A stretch of DNA of 64,000 nt from NCBI GenBank assembly GCA_965198115.1, contig OZ240241.1:4320001-4384000 (forward strand). The letters are read 5' to 3'. Within the stretch, counting starts at the first letter, position 1, and each line of letters begins with the position of its first letter. Positions 21,056 through 31,509 of the stretch are shown piece after piece. This DNA comes from Candidatus Latescibacterota bacterium. GTDB lineage: Bacteria > Latescibacterota > UBA2968. Under the pieces are notes generated by a model. That model made no database searches and was not told the origin of the DNA. It saw only the letters and a list, made by a program, of their open reading frames with translations. Position numbers and translations under genes: made by a program.

Positions 21056-22159
21056 GTGACCGATCGCTATCGCGCCAACATAACGCGCTACACGACCTAC
21101 CGGCTCTTTCGCAGCCTCCTCATCATCGGGCCCGTGCTCACGCCCTACCTGCCCGGCAAAGGGTTGAACTACGCCCAGATCCTTACGCTGCAGAGCATTG
21201 CGGCTGTTTCCGTCGTCGTGTTCGAGATCCCGACAGGCGCCATCGCCGACAAGGTCTCCCGAAAGCTCTCCCTAACCCTGTCGACGCTGCTCCACGCACA
21301 CCTACATCTACGCCACCGATTTCGTCTACCTGGCCGTCGCCGAAGCGCTGTTCGGCCTGGGAGCGACGTTCGGAAGCGGAGCGGATTCGGCCATCCTGTT
21401 CGAGAGTCTCGACCGGATAGGAAGGAAAGACGACTATGCGCGCGTCGAGAGTCGGACCGCCTCTCTCTCGTTCGTGGGTCAGGCCATTGGCTGTGTGGCG
21501 AGCAGTTGGCTCTACGTCATCGACCCGAACCTGCCGTTTGGCTTCAGTGTCGGCTTTATGCTCGTCGCAACAGGCGTCGGGTGGCTCCTCCACGAACCCG
21601 ATCGTGTGATCAGTACGCACACCTACGGCGCCCACGTCTGGTCGAGCCTCGCGGAGATGCGACACGCGCCGGCACTCCTGTGGGTCTCGGGCTCACGTCG
21701 ACGATGGGACTCGTCTACCGAACCGGCTTCTGGCTCTACGAACCCTACCTCAAGCTGAACGACGTGCCGGTCGCCTGGTACGGAACGATCTTCTTCATCT
21801 TCAACGTGATCGCCGCCCTCGTGGCCCGCCTGGGGGGTCGCATCCGTCGGGAACGTCGGGCTCTGCTGCTCGCCCTCCAGCAGATCGTCAGAGGCCTCTA
21901 TCGTCCCACACTGACTGCTTACGTCAACGAACGGATCCGGGACGAAAACCGGGCGACGATGATCTCGATCGTAGGCGTGGCTCCGAACCTCGCGTTCGCA
22001 GCGTTCTCTCCGTTCGTCGGACTCGCCTTCGATCGACTCGGCGTCGTCGCCACCTATGTATCGGTCGGCACGATCTCCGTGGTCGGTTGGATGATGCTCC
22101 TAACCACTCGCGTTAAAGAGCTGACCCGCCGAGAATCTCGCCTAGACAGCCTGGCGTGA
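21056..22159 (+). pseudogene. MFS transporter, frameshifted or internally deleted
   Basis: FEIPTGAIADKVSRK motif; middle (GSGADSAILFESL...) lies in another frame between ~21295 and ~21690; RATMISI near the C-terminus. Confidence 0.85.
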
Positions 22160-22173
22160 TCGCTCTCCAAGGC

Positions 22174-22607
22174 TCAGGTCTGTGGCGGACTGAGACCTCG
22201 AACGGGGTTTCCCTCAGCCGCCCGGACTCGGGCCTCTGCCCACCGGAAGTGAATCACGAACAACACGACGCTGATGACCGTCACGATCAGACTCGTCACG
22301 ATCGACCGAGGGCCCGGTATCGAACGATCTCGCGATGTTCTTTCTTCGCTGCCTCGAACATTGTTTGTAATGCTTCGTCGCTGGGAACGTATCCGCTCTC
22401 TCCGTTGTCTGCCAGCACGTCGACCTTGTAGTTCTCGAACGACGCGTAGCTCGGTCCTCGATAGCGACGCGATTTAAGTGGATTTCTCGCATCCATCCCC
22501 GAACCGATGATCTCGATCACGGAAAGTAAAACGGTGACGATCGCGATAAGACACACAGCATAGCCGTAGATGGCTCCGATGGGATAGGATTTCCCGTTCA
22601 CCTTCAC
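22174..22607 (-). CDS. Two-TM hypothetical membrane protein, frameshifted at ~22307
   Basis: IYGYAVCLIAIV... TM1; second TM SIVTSLIVTVISVVLFVIHFRW follows in the shifted frame. Confidence 0.6.
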
Positions 22608-22633
22608 CTCCTCGCGGACGATATCGCATTGAA

Positions 22634-23805
22634 CTAGTGTCTCGTCTCAGGAATAACTAGAAAAATTCGTGATACAGTCGTAAGGTTCCTCAGGCACTCA
22701 TTGTGAGGAGGAACCGATGGCAAGAGGTCGTCCGTTACAACCACTGAACATCAGTGATGAAGTCCGCGATCAACTCCAGTCGTTGTCCGGTTCGCGCAGC
22801 ATGCCTCACGCTCTGGTGCGTCGGGCGAAGATCGTCCTGCTGAGCGATGGTGGTCTGACCAATCAGGAGATCGCCGAACGAGTCGGGTTGTCCGGAGCGT
22901 CCGTTGGCAAATGGCGCCGTCGCTTCTGCGAGCAAGGCTTGATGGGACTGTATGACGAGTTACGTCCTGGTGGTCCGCGGTCCGTTAGCGACGAAGAGAT
23001 CTCCTCACTCATCTACAAGACGCTCAAGAAGAAGCCGAAGAATGCCACCCACTGGACCTGTCGAGCGATGGCCGATGAGACGGGCCTCTCAAAGTCCACA
23101 GTGCAACGTGTATGGAGAGCCTTTGGACTGCAGCCGCATCGGCAGAAGCACTTCAAGCTGTCGAACGATCCCTTCTTCGTCGAGAAAGTCAGGGATATCG
23201 TCGGTTTATACCTGAACCCGCCGGACAACGCAATGGTGCTCTGCATAGACGAGAAGAGCCAGATTCAAGCACTCGAACGGACGCAACCGATTCTCCCTTT
23301 GGGCCTCGGGTATGTCGAGGGCGTCACTCACAGCTATACACGGCACGGCACGACTACCCTCTTTGCGGCGCTCAACATCGCATCAGGAAAAGTCCTGACT
23401 CAGTGCAAGCCCAGACATCGCAACAGAGAGTTCCTTCAGTTCCTCAAGCACATTGACAAAAACGTCCCGAAGGATCTCGACATCCATCTGGTCGTCGATA
23501 ACTACGGCACTCACAAGCACCAGAACGTCAAACGTTGGCTCACCTCACGTAAAAGATACCACGTGCACTACACACCAACGTATGCCTCCTGGCTAAACCA
23601 GGTAGAGATCTGGTTCGGCATCATCACACAAAGAGCAATCCGACGAGGAACCTTTCGGAACGTCAAGGATCTGATCACCTGCATCCAGAAGTTCACAGAC
23701 CAATACAATCAGAACTCAAAGCCTTTCGTGTGGACGGCAACCGCTGACTCGATCCTCGACAAACTCAACAGACTTCTAAAACTTATTCGCGGGACACGAC
23801 ACTAG
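22634..23805 (+). mobile_element. IS630-family insertion sequence, copy A
   Basis: CTAG at both ends; IRs TAGTGTCTCGTCTCAGGAATAA / TAGTGTCGTGTCCCGCGAATAA. Confidence 0.93.
22717..23805 (+). CDS. IS630-family transposase (intact)
   Basis: IDEKSQIQAL, HLVVDNYGTHK, TPTYASWLNQVEIWF. Confidence 0.95.
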   Translation: MARGRPLQPLNISDEVRDQLQSLSGSRSMPHALVRRAKIVLLSDGGLTNQEIAERVGLSGASVGKWRRRFCEQGLMGLYDELRPGGPRSVSDEEISSLIYKTLKKKPKNATHWTCRAMADETGLSKSTVQRVWRAFGLQPHRQKHFKLSNDPFFVEKVRDIVGLYLNPPDNAMVLCIDEKSQIQALERTQPILPLGLGYVEGVTHSYTRHGTTTLFAALNIASGKVLTQCKPRHRNREFLQFLKHIDKNVPKDLDIHLVVDNYGTHKHQNVKRWLTSRKRYHVHYTPTYASWLNQVEIWFGIITQRAIRRGTFRNVKDLITCIQKFTDQYNQNSKPFVWTATADSILDKLNRLLKLIRGTRH

Positions 23806-24717
23806 CCTGAATCATGCATGAATTTGAGTTTAGGTTGTTTTGGAGTGATGTGATCACGCACAGGATTTGTTCTCGGCTTCTTCGGATGTCCAAGGTCCCG
23901 TAAGCGGTCTCTACGAGTCGCAAGAGTCACGATTTTCGTCCGGAACAGGTGTTGTTTTGCGACGTGTACATAGCTGTCCCCGGTATAGATCGGCGTTGTT
24001 ACTGCGTGTTCGTTTCGAGCCTGGTGATGATTGACACCAAGACGTTTTTGAGTGGATACGATGTTGGAAAATGGAATCGGATTCTTCGTGCGCTTTCAAT
24101 GACTCTCGCGCCGATTTTGAGGAAACGGTTCTGTATCGTGTTGACCTGAGGTTTGGTCCACGCGGTGCCCTTGAGTCCCTGTGATCGGAGTGCGTGAAGC
24201 AAGGCGTATGCAGCACTGTGTAGAAAGAGTCGGAACTGGTTGGCTTCAAACTTGTGGCACGATGTTCGATCGGAGTGAAGGAATGTTTGTGGTCCTTGAT
24301 GAAGCCTTCCGTGCGTCCCCTTGCGCAGTAGATACGATCATAGATAAAGCCGTCTCGATTACTCTGTAAATTGGTCACGCGGTATCTTGGATTTGCTTCG
24401 CCGTTTGTGACTTCAGCCTTGTGAATGATCCGGCGAGGCTGCCGGTAGGTGCCAGCCTGATATGAGAAGGATGAGAACAAGCGAATCGTCTCCTTATGCT
24501 CGCTCAGACGTAGCGCTTGGTCCATCAGGTTTTGTCCAGCCGCTTTGAGCTTGGAGTTGGCGCCCTGGCCCAGAACGTAGTAGATACCGTTGTCTTCGCA
24601 GAAATCGTGCATCTCTGGTGAGCTGAACTTTGAGTCTGCGCGAACGATGATCTCCACGTTTGGCCAAGATCCGCGTAGGTGTTCCACCAAGCGCTTGAGA
24701 ATAGAAACGACCTGTTT

Positions 24718-26091
24718 GAGCTATAATCAAAAGGTGTGGAAAAAGAGAAAGGGCGACCCTACCCTTCCCGTGAGATAGTTGATTCACACAAAACCGGGTG
24801 AGAGGCCCGGTTGGGAAGGAGGATCGCCGTGAAGGAACATACGCATAGAGCCCCATTGAAGTCCATGCCGACGTGGGAGACGGTTGACGATTGGATCCGT
24901 GAAGAGATCCAGGGCCGGTTCCAGTCCATTCTGGAGGAGGAGGCGACCGCGTTCTTGGGCCGGTCGTGGTATGAGCGCCGAGCCGAGGTCGATAGCTCCA
25001 GGGGCTACAGGAACGGCTACGGCAAGCCCCGGCGTCTCTCGACGAGCTGCGGAACGATCAAGGTCCGGCGTCCCCGGGTTCGTGGTCTGGAAGAGCGGTT
25101 TGAAAGCCGCATCCTCCCCCTGTTCGCCCGGAGAACCAGGGCCATTGGAGATCTGCTTCCCGACCTTTATCTCCACGGTCTCTCCCAGGGCGACTTCGAG
25201 TTGTCTTTGCGTGCGCTGCTCGGTGATGGCGCGCCGCTTTCGCCGACCTCGATCGCTCGTCTTCGAGGGAAGTGGGAGGTCGACTTCCAGGACTGGAAAG
25301 AAAGGCGTCTGGATAATCGCGAACTGGTCTACGCCTGGGCTGATGGCATCTACGTCAAAGCCGGGCTCGAGCGCGAGAAGGCGTGTCTGCTGGTCGTGAT
25401 CGGCGCGATGAGCGACGGCAGCAAGGAGATCCTGGCGATAGAACCCGGTTATCGAGAGTCTACAGAATCCTGGCTCACGGTGCTCCGGGATCTCCGGGAT
25501 CGCGGGCTCGAACATCCTGTCCTGATCGCCGCGGACGGGAATATGGGCATCTGGGCGGCCGTTGATCAGGTCTGGCCAGAGAGCCGGCAACAACGGTGCT
25601 GGAACCACAAGATCCTCAACGTGCTCGACAAGGTCGCCAAGCGTGCACAGGCTGAAGCCCGCGCACTGCTCGTCCAGATCCCCTATGCCGGCACGAAAAA
25701 GGAGGCCGAGAAGCTCCGGAAACGCTTTGCCGCACGGTATCGCTCACAGTTCCCTGCCGCCGTGGAGACGCTCGAAAGAGACTGGGATCGGATGGTCACG
25801 TTCTACGACTTCCCGAAGGAACACTGGAAACACCTGAGAACCACGAACGTCGTCGAGAGCCCCTTTGCTTCCGTTCGGCTTCGCACAAACGCCGCCAGGC
25901 GATTCAAGAAAGTCAGGAACGCCACGACTCTCATCTGGCGTACGCTCAAGGTCGCAGAGAGCCGATTCAGGAAACTCACCGCGCCACACTTGCTACAACA
26001 AGTCTACGATCAGAAACACTCAACCGGACCGCAGGTCGAAGCCGGGAAGATGGCCGCCTGATTTCTTTTACACACCTATTGACCTGAGCTC
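24718..26091 (+). mobile_element. IS256-family insertion sequence (1374 bp)
   Basis: IRs GAGCTATAATCAAAAGGTGTG / GAGCTCAGGTCAATAGGTGTG; no target duplication visible. Confidence 0.9.
24829..26061 (+). CDS. IS256-family transposase
   Basis: YRNGYG, YAWADGIY, ESTESW, QRCWNHK, HLRTTNVVES; GGAGG RBS before GTG. Confidence 0.95.
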   Translation: MKEHTHRAPLKSMPTWETVDDWIREEIQGRFQSILEEEATAFLGRSWYERRAEVDSSRGYRNGYGKPRRLSTSCGTIKVRRPRVRGLEERFESRILPLFARRTRAIGDLLPDLYLHGLSQGDFELSLRALLGDGAPLSPTSIARLRGKWEVDFQDWKERRLDNRELVYAWADGIYVKAGLEREKACLLVVIGAMSDGSKEILAIEPGYRESTESWLTVLRDLRDRGLEHPVLIAADGNMGIWAAVDQVWPESRQQRCWNHKILNVLDKVAKRAQAEARALLVQIPYAGTKKEAEKLRKRFAARYRSQFPAAVETLERDWDRMVTFYDFPKEHWKHLRTTNVVESPFASVRLRTNAARRFKKVRNATTLIWRTLKVAESRFRKLTAPHLLQQVYDQKHSTGPQVEAGKMAA

Positions 26092-26792
26092 CCCGGGTCT
26101 CAAGATCGTCGTAATGAGCTTGCCGCTTTGGCCTTCATAGATATGTAGCGGCATATAGCAGTGTTCATTGTAATACGCGTTGAAGAGTGAAAATTGTTGC
26201 GCACCGTGCGTTGGGTCATCCGTGTCGTCGATATCGAGAATGATGCTTGGGGGTGCCTGGTCATACGATGCGATGAACCCGTCTACAAAAGCCCGTGCGA
26301 GCCGATACAAATCCGAGCGTCGCACATCATTCTCAAGTCGTGTCATCGTTGATTGGCTCCCGAGATCAGGACCGGAAAGAGGAAGCCGATCGCAGGCAGC
26401 CTTGACGCCCGGATCGTGGCGCAAATCATCACAATCGACGGCATCTTCATAGCCGCAAGCGATCTGAAAAACACGCTGCTTCACAAGATCCAAAAGCGTG
26501 TGATCGATATAGCTTGGGTGACGACGATCTCGCAAAGCATCTACCATTCTGGCGATCAATCCCATCTGAGACTCAAGGGCGCGAAGCAACAGAACTCCAC
26601 CGTCACTCCTGACGGCGCCACCGGCAAAATCAGCCTCAACTACCTTGCCCGAAATGCTTGCGAATGGTAACCGGATCTGACTAGGTTCTATCACGGTAGT
26701 TCCTTCCAAGTGTTGTTTTGATGTGTCAGCCCTAATGTAGGGAAAAACAAACACTTGTACAAGGAGACTACCTTTTTTATGCATAATTCAGG

Positions 26793-27966
26793 CTAGCGTT
26801 CACGTCCCAGGAATAACTAGAAAAATATTCGATTCTGTCGTATGGTTCCTCAAGCACTCATTCTTGGGAGGAACCGATGGCTAGAGGTCGTCCGTTACAG
26901 CCACTGAACATCAGTGATGAGGTCCACGATCAACTCGAGTCATTGTCTCGTTCGCGTAGCATGTCTCACGCTTTGGTGCGTCGCGCGAAGATCGTCTTGA
27001 TGAGCGATTGCGGTCTGACCAATCAGGAGATCGCGGAACGAGTCGGGTTGTCCGGAGCGTCTGTCGGCAAGTGGCGTCGTCGCTTCTGCGAGCAAGGCTT
27101 GATGGGACTGTATGACGAATTGCGTCCTGGAGGGCCACGGTCGGTCAGCGACGAAGAGATCTCCTCCCTCATCTACAAGACGCTCAAGAAGCAACCGAAG
27201 GGTGCCACCCACTGGGACCTGTCGTTCGATGGCCGACGAGACGGGGCTCTCCAAGTCCTCGGTTCAACGTGTATGGAAAGCTTTTGGACTGCAACCGCAT
27301 CGACAGAAGCACTTCAAACTGTCGAACGATCCCTTCTTCGTCGAGAAAGTCAGGGATATCGTCGGTCTATACCTGAACCCACCGGACAACGCGATGGTGC
27401 TCTGTGTAGACGAGAAGAGCCAGATTCAAGCACTCGAACGGACACAACCGATTCTTCCTTTGGGTCTCGGATACGTCGAGGGCGTCACTCACAGCTATAT
27501 CCGGAACGGCACGACCACCCTCTTTGCAGCGCTCAACATCGCATCCGGCAAAGTTCTGACTCAGTGCAAGCCCAGACACCGCAACAAAGAGTTCCTTCAG
27601 TTCCTCAAGCACATCGACAAGAACGTCCCAAAGGATCTCGACATCCATCTGGTCGTCGATAATTACGGCACGCACAAGCACCCGAACGTCAAGCGTTGGC
27701 TCGCCTCACGGAAACGATATCACGTGCACTACACACCAACATATGCCTCCTGGCTGAACCAGGTAGAGATCTGGTTCGGTATCATCACCCAAAGAGCCAT
27801 TCGACGAGGCACCTTCAGAAGCGTCAAGGACCTGATCGCCTGCATCAAGAAATTCACTGATCACTACAACGAGAATTCTACACCCTTCGTCTGGACCGCC
27901 ACGGCAGATTCAATCCTCGAGAAAGTCCATAAACTTTTGAAGCTTATACGCGGGACGTGACACTAG
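26793..27966 (+). mobile_element. IS630-family insertion sequence, copy B (diverged isoform of copy A)
   Basis: CTAG at both ends; IRs similar to copy A. Confidence 0.92.
26877..27960 (+). pseudogene. IS630 transposase with a +1 G frameshift at 27214-27216
   Basis: CACTGGGACC versus CACTGGACC in copy A; the two ORF halves reconstitute a full transposase. Confidence 0.85.
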
Positions 27967-28015
27967 TGGCCTATCACGAAAGTATTACTGGACTTTTGCT
28001 GCCAGACTAAGCGGC

Positions 28016-28090
28016 GTCAGTTCGAGCGTAGTCGAGAACACGCCCATTACGAATCACGAATAGGAACTTCTCGACTCCGCTCGAAGTGAC
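28016..28090. repeat. REP-like palindromic element (GAGCGGAGTCGAGAA family)
   Basis: 23-bp near-perfect inverted arms; inverted copy at 32524-32593. Confidence 0.85.
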
Positions 28091-28192
28091 CCTGCTCTCC
28101 TGATTTCAAAGGGCGATCAACGTAACAGTTCGCCCCTACGAACTGGCGACAATCAAGGACAGTCCCAACAGAATGCCTTGCCCTCCACGGGT

Positions 28193-28221
28193 TTGTCAAA
28201 GCCACTCGCAGGCGCTATCTT
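28193..28221 (+). promoter_or_regulatory. sigma70-type promoter
   Basis: TTGTCA-N17-TATCTT upstream of the Gfo/Idh/MocA gene. Confidence 0.6.
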
Positions 28222-28285
28222 CCCGCCCCGAAAGGTTACCCTTGTTCGGTGTGACCGCCAAAATCGATCGAAAGGATTCACCAAA

Positions 28286-29350
28286 ATGGTAAGATCGCTC
28301 AAGGTCGGCATTGTCGGCGTGGGTGGCATCTCGCGCTCCCATCTCCCCGGATGGGAGGCTTCCGAACACGCCGAAGTCGTCGCTGGCAGCGATGTGAACG
28401 GCAAGGTGCTCAAAGCCTGGGGACAGCGTCAGGGCATCACCCAGCTGTCGACTGATCCCAAGGACCTGTTCAAGGACCCCGACATCGACATCATCGATGT
28501 CTGCACACCCAACAACTACCACGCCCCCCTTTCGATCGCGGCCCTGAATGCCGGAAAAAACGTCATCTGTGAAAAGCCGTTGGCTCCGAACCCCGCAGCC
28601 GTCAGAAAAATGATCGCCGCCCGCGACAGATCAAAGAAGCTGCTGATGACGGCCCAGCACTTTCGCTTCGGAGGCGGCGCGAAAGCGATGAAAGCCGAAC
28701 TCGACACCGGGGCCCTCGGCGACATCTACCACGCGAGGAGCTGGATGCTTCGGCGATCGGGTGCGCCGGTTCGCCCCGGCTTCATCCTCAAAGAGCACAG
28801 TGGTGGCGGGCCCTGCATCGACATCGGCGTGCACATCCTCGACCTGACCCTCTGGTTTATGGGCAATCCGAATCCCGTCGCCGTTTCGGGCGTCGCGCGC
28901 AAGGAGATCGCCAACCAACGCGGGGCTTTCACGGGTATGGGCGGGGGCGCCCGGATGCCGAAAAAAATGGACGTCGAAGACTTCGCCGCGGCATTCGTCC
29001 GCTTCGAGAACGGCGCGACCCTCATCATCGAAGTCAGCTGGCTGCTGCACCACGACACGCAGGGTGAGGATATGCAGATGTGGTTGTACGGTACGAAAGG
29101 CGGCAGTCACTGGCCGAAGTGCGAATTCTACGAGAGCAACAACCAGACGCGCCAGCACTACAATCGCACGCTTAAGAGCACGCGCGACACGATGGAACCG
29201 CACGCCCTCGAATGCGTCGAATTCGCCCGGGCGATCGTCGACGGGGCGCCTTCACCCGTGCCCGCCGAGCAGTCGTTGCAGGTGATGGCAATTCTGGATG
29301 GGATCTATCGGAGTCAGGAGCAAGGGAAAGAGGTGAGAGTAAGGATTTAG
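28286..29350 (+). CDS. Gfo/Idh/MocA family oxidoreductase
   Basis: VGIVGVGGI, ICEKPLA, GGGPCIDIGVHILD, DVED; AAAGGA RBS. Confidence 0.95.
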   Translation: MVRSLKVGIVGVGGISRSHLPGWEASEHAEVVAGSDVNGKVLKAWGQRQGITQLSTDPKDLFKDPDIDIIDVCTPNNYHAPLSIAALNAGKNVICEKPLAPNPAAVRKMIAARDRSKKLLMTAQHFRFGGGAKAMKAELDTGALGDIYHARSWMLRRSGAPVRPGFILKEHSGGGPCIDIGVHILDLTLWFMGNPNPVAVSGVARKEIANQRGAFTGMGGGARMPKKMDVEDFAAAFVRFENGATLIIEVSWLLHHDTQGEDMQMWLYGTKGGSHWPKCEFYESNNQTRQHYNRTLKSTRDTMEPHALECVEFARAIVDGAPSPVPAEQSLQVMAILDGIYRSQEQGKEVRVRI

Positions 29351-29465
29351 GTCGTTCTGCTTTCTGTCTTACGCGATTTGGTAGACGGTGGAAACGACTT
29401 CGCCCGGTGGGCTCTGGTGGGAGCAGCCTCCCGGCTGCGAACCAACTTCAGCGGAGATATAAAGA

Positions 29466-30885
29466 GGCTCTATCCGGGTTTCTCAACGGTGAAACTATAG
29501 AATGACAAGGTCATAGATCGTTCCCTACGCTTGGTTGTGTGTGTAGGACAATCAAAGCGAAGGGGGTGCGACCTATGACCGGGAGCAGATTACTATCGAA
29601 ACTGCTGAGATTCAAGGGGTTCCGTGTTGTCAGCTGGTGGTTTGAGGGGAGAAGCTGCTTCGTCATCGCCGTAAAGCCACATAAGAATGGTTGTTGTTGT
29701 CCGGAGTGCGGCCGTCGAGGTAAAATCGTCCGCACAATGCCCCATCCGCGTCGGTGGCGTGACATTCCGGTGTGCGGGTGGAGGGTCTGGCTTCTCTACC
29801 ATCCTCGGGAGATTCGGTGTCCTACCCACGGTCGTGTGGTCGAGGAGATTCCGTGGGCGGAGCGGTTCTCTCGGGTGACGTATCGCTTCGAGTATGCCAT
29901 GCTGCGCTACTGCCAGACCATGACGCAGAAGGCGGCGTCCGAGTTGCTGCGCATCTCTGCCTCGACGCTGTCGGATCTCCTTCACCGATCCATCACGCGG
30001 CTTCGTGAAGGTCATCGTATCCGAGGGCTCAAAACCATCGGGATCGACGAGATCTCCTACGCCAAGCGTCACAGGTACGCCACGCTCGTTTACGATCTGG
30101 ACCGCTCCTGCGTGGTGTGGGTTGGCCGCGGCAGGGCGCGTAAAACGATCGATCGGTTCTTCACAGAGGCTCTCAGTCCCTACCGGAGATCCAAGATCGA
30201 GTGGGCCTGCTGCGACATGAGCGAAGCTTACATCGGAGCCATCCAGGAACACTGTCCGAATGCCAAGCTGGTCCTCGATCGCTTTCACATCGTCAAGGCT
30301 CTCAATGCCGCCGTTGACGAGGTCCGTAAGGACCAGTGGCGTAAAGCTGCCCCGGATGAGCGCAAAGCCATGAAGGGCCTCCGATGGCTCCTCTACCGGC
30401 ACTCAGCGACACGCTCCAGAGGGGATACTCGGACACTCAAAGCACTGGAGAAGGCGAACTACCGAATCTATAGAGCCTGGAGACTCAAGGACGAGTTCGA
30501 GCAGTTCTGGGAATACAAAGCGCCCTGGGCTGCCGAACGCTTCCTGAAATGCTGGACGACGTCCGCACTCAGAAGTCGACTTGAACCCCTGCGAAAGTTC
30601 GTCAGGACCCTGCGACAGCACTTCTTCGGCGTCCTCGCATTCGTGAACACGCGTCTTACCAACGCCATCGCCGAAGGCCTCAACCGAATCGTCCAAATCG
30701 TCAAGAACCGAGCCAGCGGATTCCGCACACTCGACGCATTCAACGATATGATCTTCCTTACCGTCGGAGACATAAACATCCCTGAGCAGATTCCGAAGAG
30801 GTTCCGCACACTCTAACCGCGCCCCCATGCCAGGAACCACGGCACCTTCACCCACTTCAGCTCGTTGAGAGATCCGGATATAGCC
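29466..30885 (+). mobile_element. ISL3-family insertion sequence, copy 2 (1420 bp)
   Basis: Same IRs as copy 1; 8-bp target duplication TATAAAGA at 29458-29465 and 30886-30893. Confidence 0.97.
29575..30816 (+). CDS. ISL3-family transposase (protein identical to copy 1)
   Basis: Identical translation in the ORF track. Confidence 0.95.
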   Translation: MTGSRLLSKLLRFKGFRVVSWWFEGRSCFVIAVKPHKNGCCCPECGRRGKIVRTMPHPRRWRDIPVCGWRVWLLYHPREIRCPTHGRVVEEIPWAERFSRVTYRFEYAMLRYCQTMTQKAASELLRISASTLSDLLHRSITRLREGHRIRGLKTIGIDEISYAKRHRYATLVYDLDRSCVVWVGRGRARKTIDRFFTEALSPYRRSKIEWACCDMSEAYIGAIQEHCPNAKLVLDRFHIVKALNAAVDEVRKDQWRKAAPDERKAMKGLRWLLYRHSATRSRGDTRTLKALEKANYRIYRAWRLKDEFEQFWEYKAPWAAERFLKCWTTSALRSRLEPLRKFVRTLRQHFFGVLAFVNTRLTNAIAEGLNRIVQIVKNRASGFRTLDAFNDMIFLTVGDINIPEQIPKRFRTL

Positions 30886-30984
30886 TATAAAGAACAGAGA
30901 ACGGATGGCATCTGTCAGCACTGCAAGGGCAGTCTTTGGACCAGTCAAAGAGAGAAGACAAGGACGACTGTTAGCTAAGCAATG

Positions 30985-31152
30985 TCATCCCGGTACGCTT
31001 TTTGGCCGGGATCCATTCTCATCAAGCGACTGCTCTCGAAGCCTCTCCTCTTCCTCCTTCTTCTCGAGCTTGTGCTTCTGCCAGAAACCGATACCACCGA
31101 GAATGATGCCAGCAAGCGCGACCAGGCCAGTACCAAATAGAATCGGATCCAC
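30985..31152 (-). CDS. 55-aa single-TM microprotein (below the ORF-track cutoff)
   Basis: MDPILFGTGLVALAGIILGGIGFWQKHKLEKKEEEERLREQ...; GTG 3 nt after the upstream stop, AAAGG RBS. Confidence 0.55.
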   Translation of the reverse strand: MDPILFGTGLVALAGIILGGIGFWQKHKLEKKEEEERLREQSLDENGSRPKSVPG

Positions 31153-31155
31153 GTA

Positions 31156-31350
31156 TCAGCCTTTCTTGAGTAGTATGGAAGCTGTAATCATCGCTACACC
31201 GATGACCCAGCTAACCAGGCTACTGAGCCATAGCTCATACCTCAAATCGGTATGGAGGACCAGAGGGCTGAACGCACCGATCAAGATTGCGCCGGTTCCT
31301 AGATTGGCCAGGGCCGCACTCAGCCCATCGATCTGATCTCTATTGAGCAC
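31156..31350 (-). CDS. 64-aa two-TM microprotein
   Basis: AGGAG RBS, GTG start; two hydrophobic helices. Confidence 0.6.
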   Translation of the reverse strand: MLNRDQIDGLSAALANLGTGAILIGAFSPLVLHTDLRYELWLSSLVSWVIGVAMITASILLKKG

Positions 31351-31509
31351 CCGTTCTCCTTGTAAAGTACGCGATCCAAGGTTTGGCTGCAATCGGAGTG
31401 CCACCGATCTGGACGCGTGGGTGCTGCGTGTTGGCAGGATAATTAGTACACAATCCTTACCATCAATTCTTGGATCTGAACACATCTGACCATATCGAGG
31501 TTAAGCTCA

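Larger units (their letters stand above)
23999..26694 (-). pseudogene. IS1380-family transposase, split by IS256 and frameshifted at ~24287
   Basis: SDGGVLLL, GYEDAVDCDDLRHDP, LDIDDTDDPTHGAQQ; IIVRADS; IYCARGRTEGFIK; ANQFRL in the shifted frame. Confidence 0.9.
23806..26792 (-). mobile_element. IS1380-family insertion sequence interrupted by IS256
   Basis: IRs CCTGAATCATGCAT / CCTGAATTATGCAT, flanked by CTAG on both sides. Confidence 0.9.

Noticed and set aside
27200-27230. Programmed frameshift in IS630 copy B
   Set aside because: No slippery A-run at the shift; copy A is a single ORF differing by one G
27968-27985. CTATCACGAAA as an attR copy of the rlmH 3' end
   Set aside because: Only about 7-10 matching bases and no recombinase in the window
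19616-30885. ISL3 composite transposon
   Set aside because: Each copy has its own distinct target duplication, so the insertions were independent
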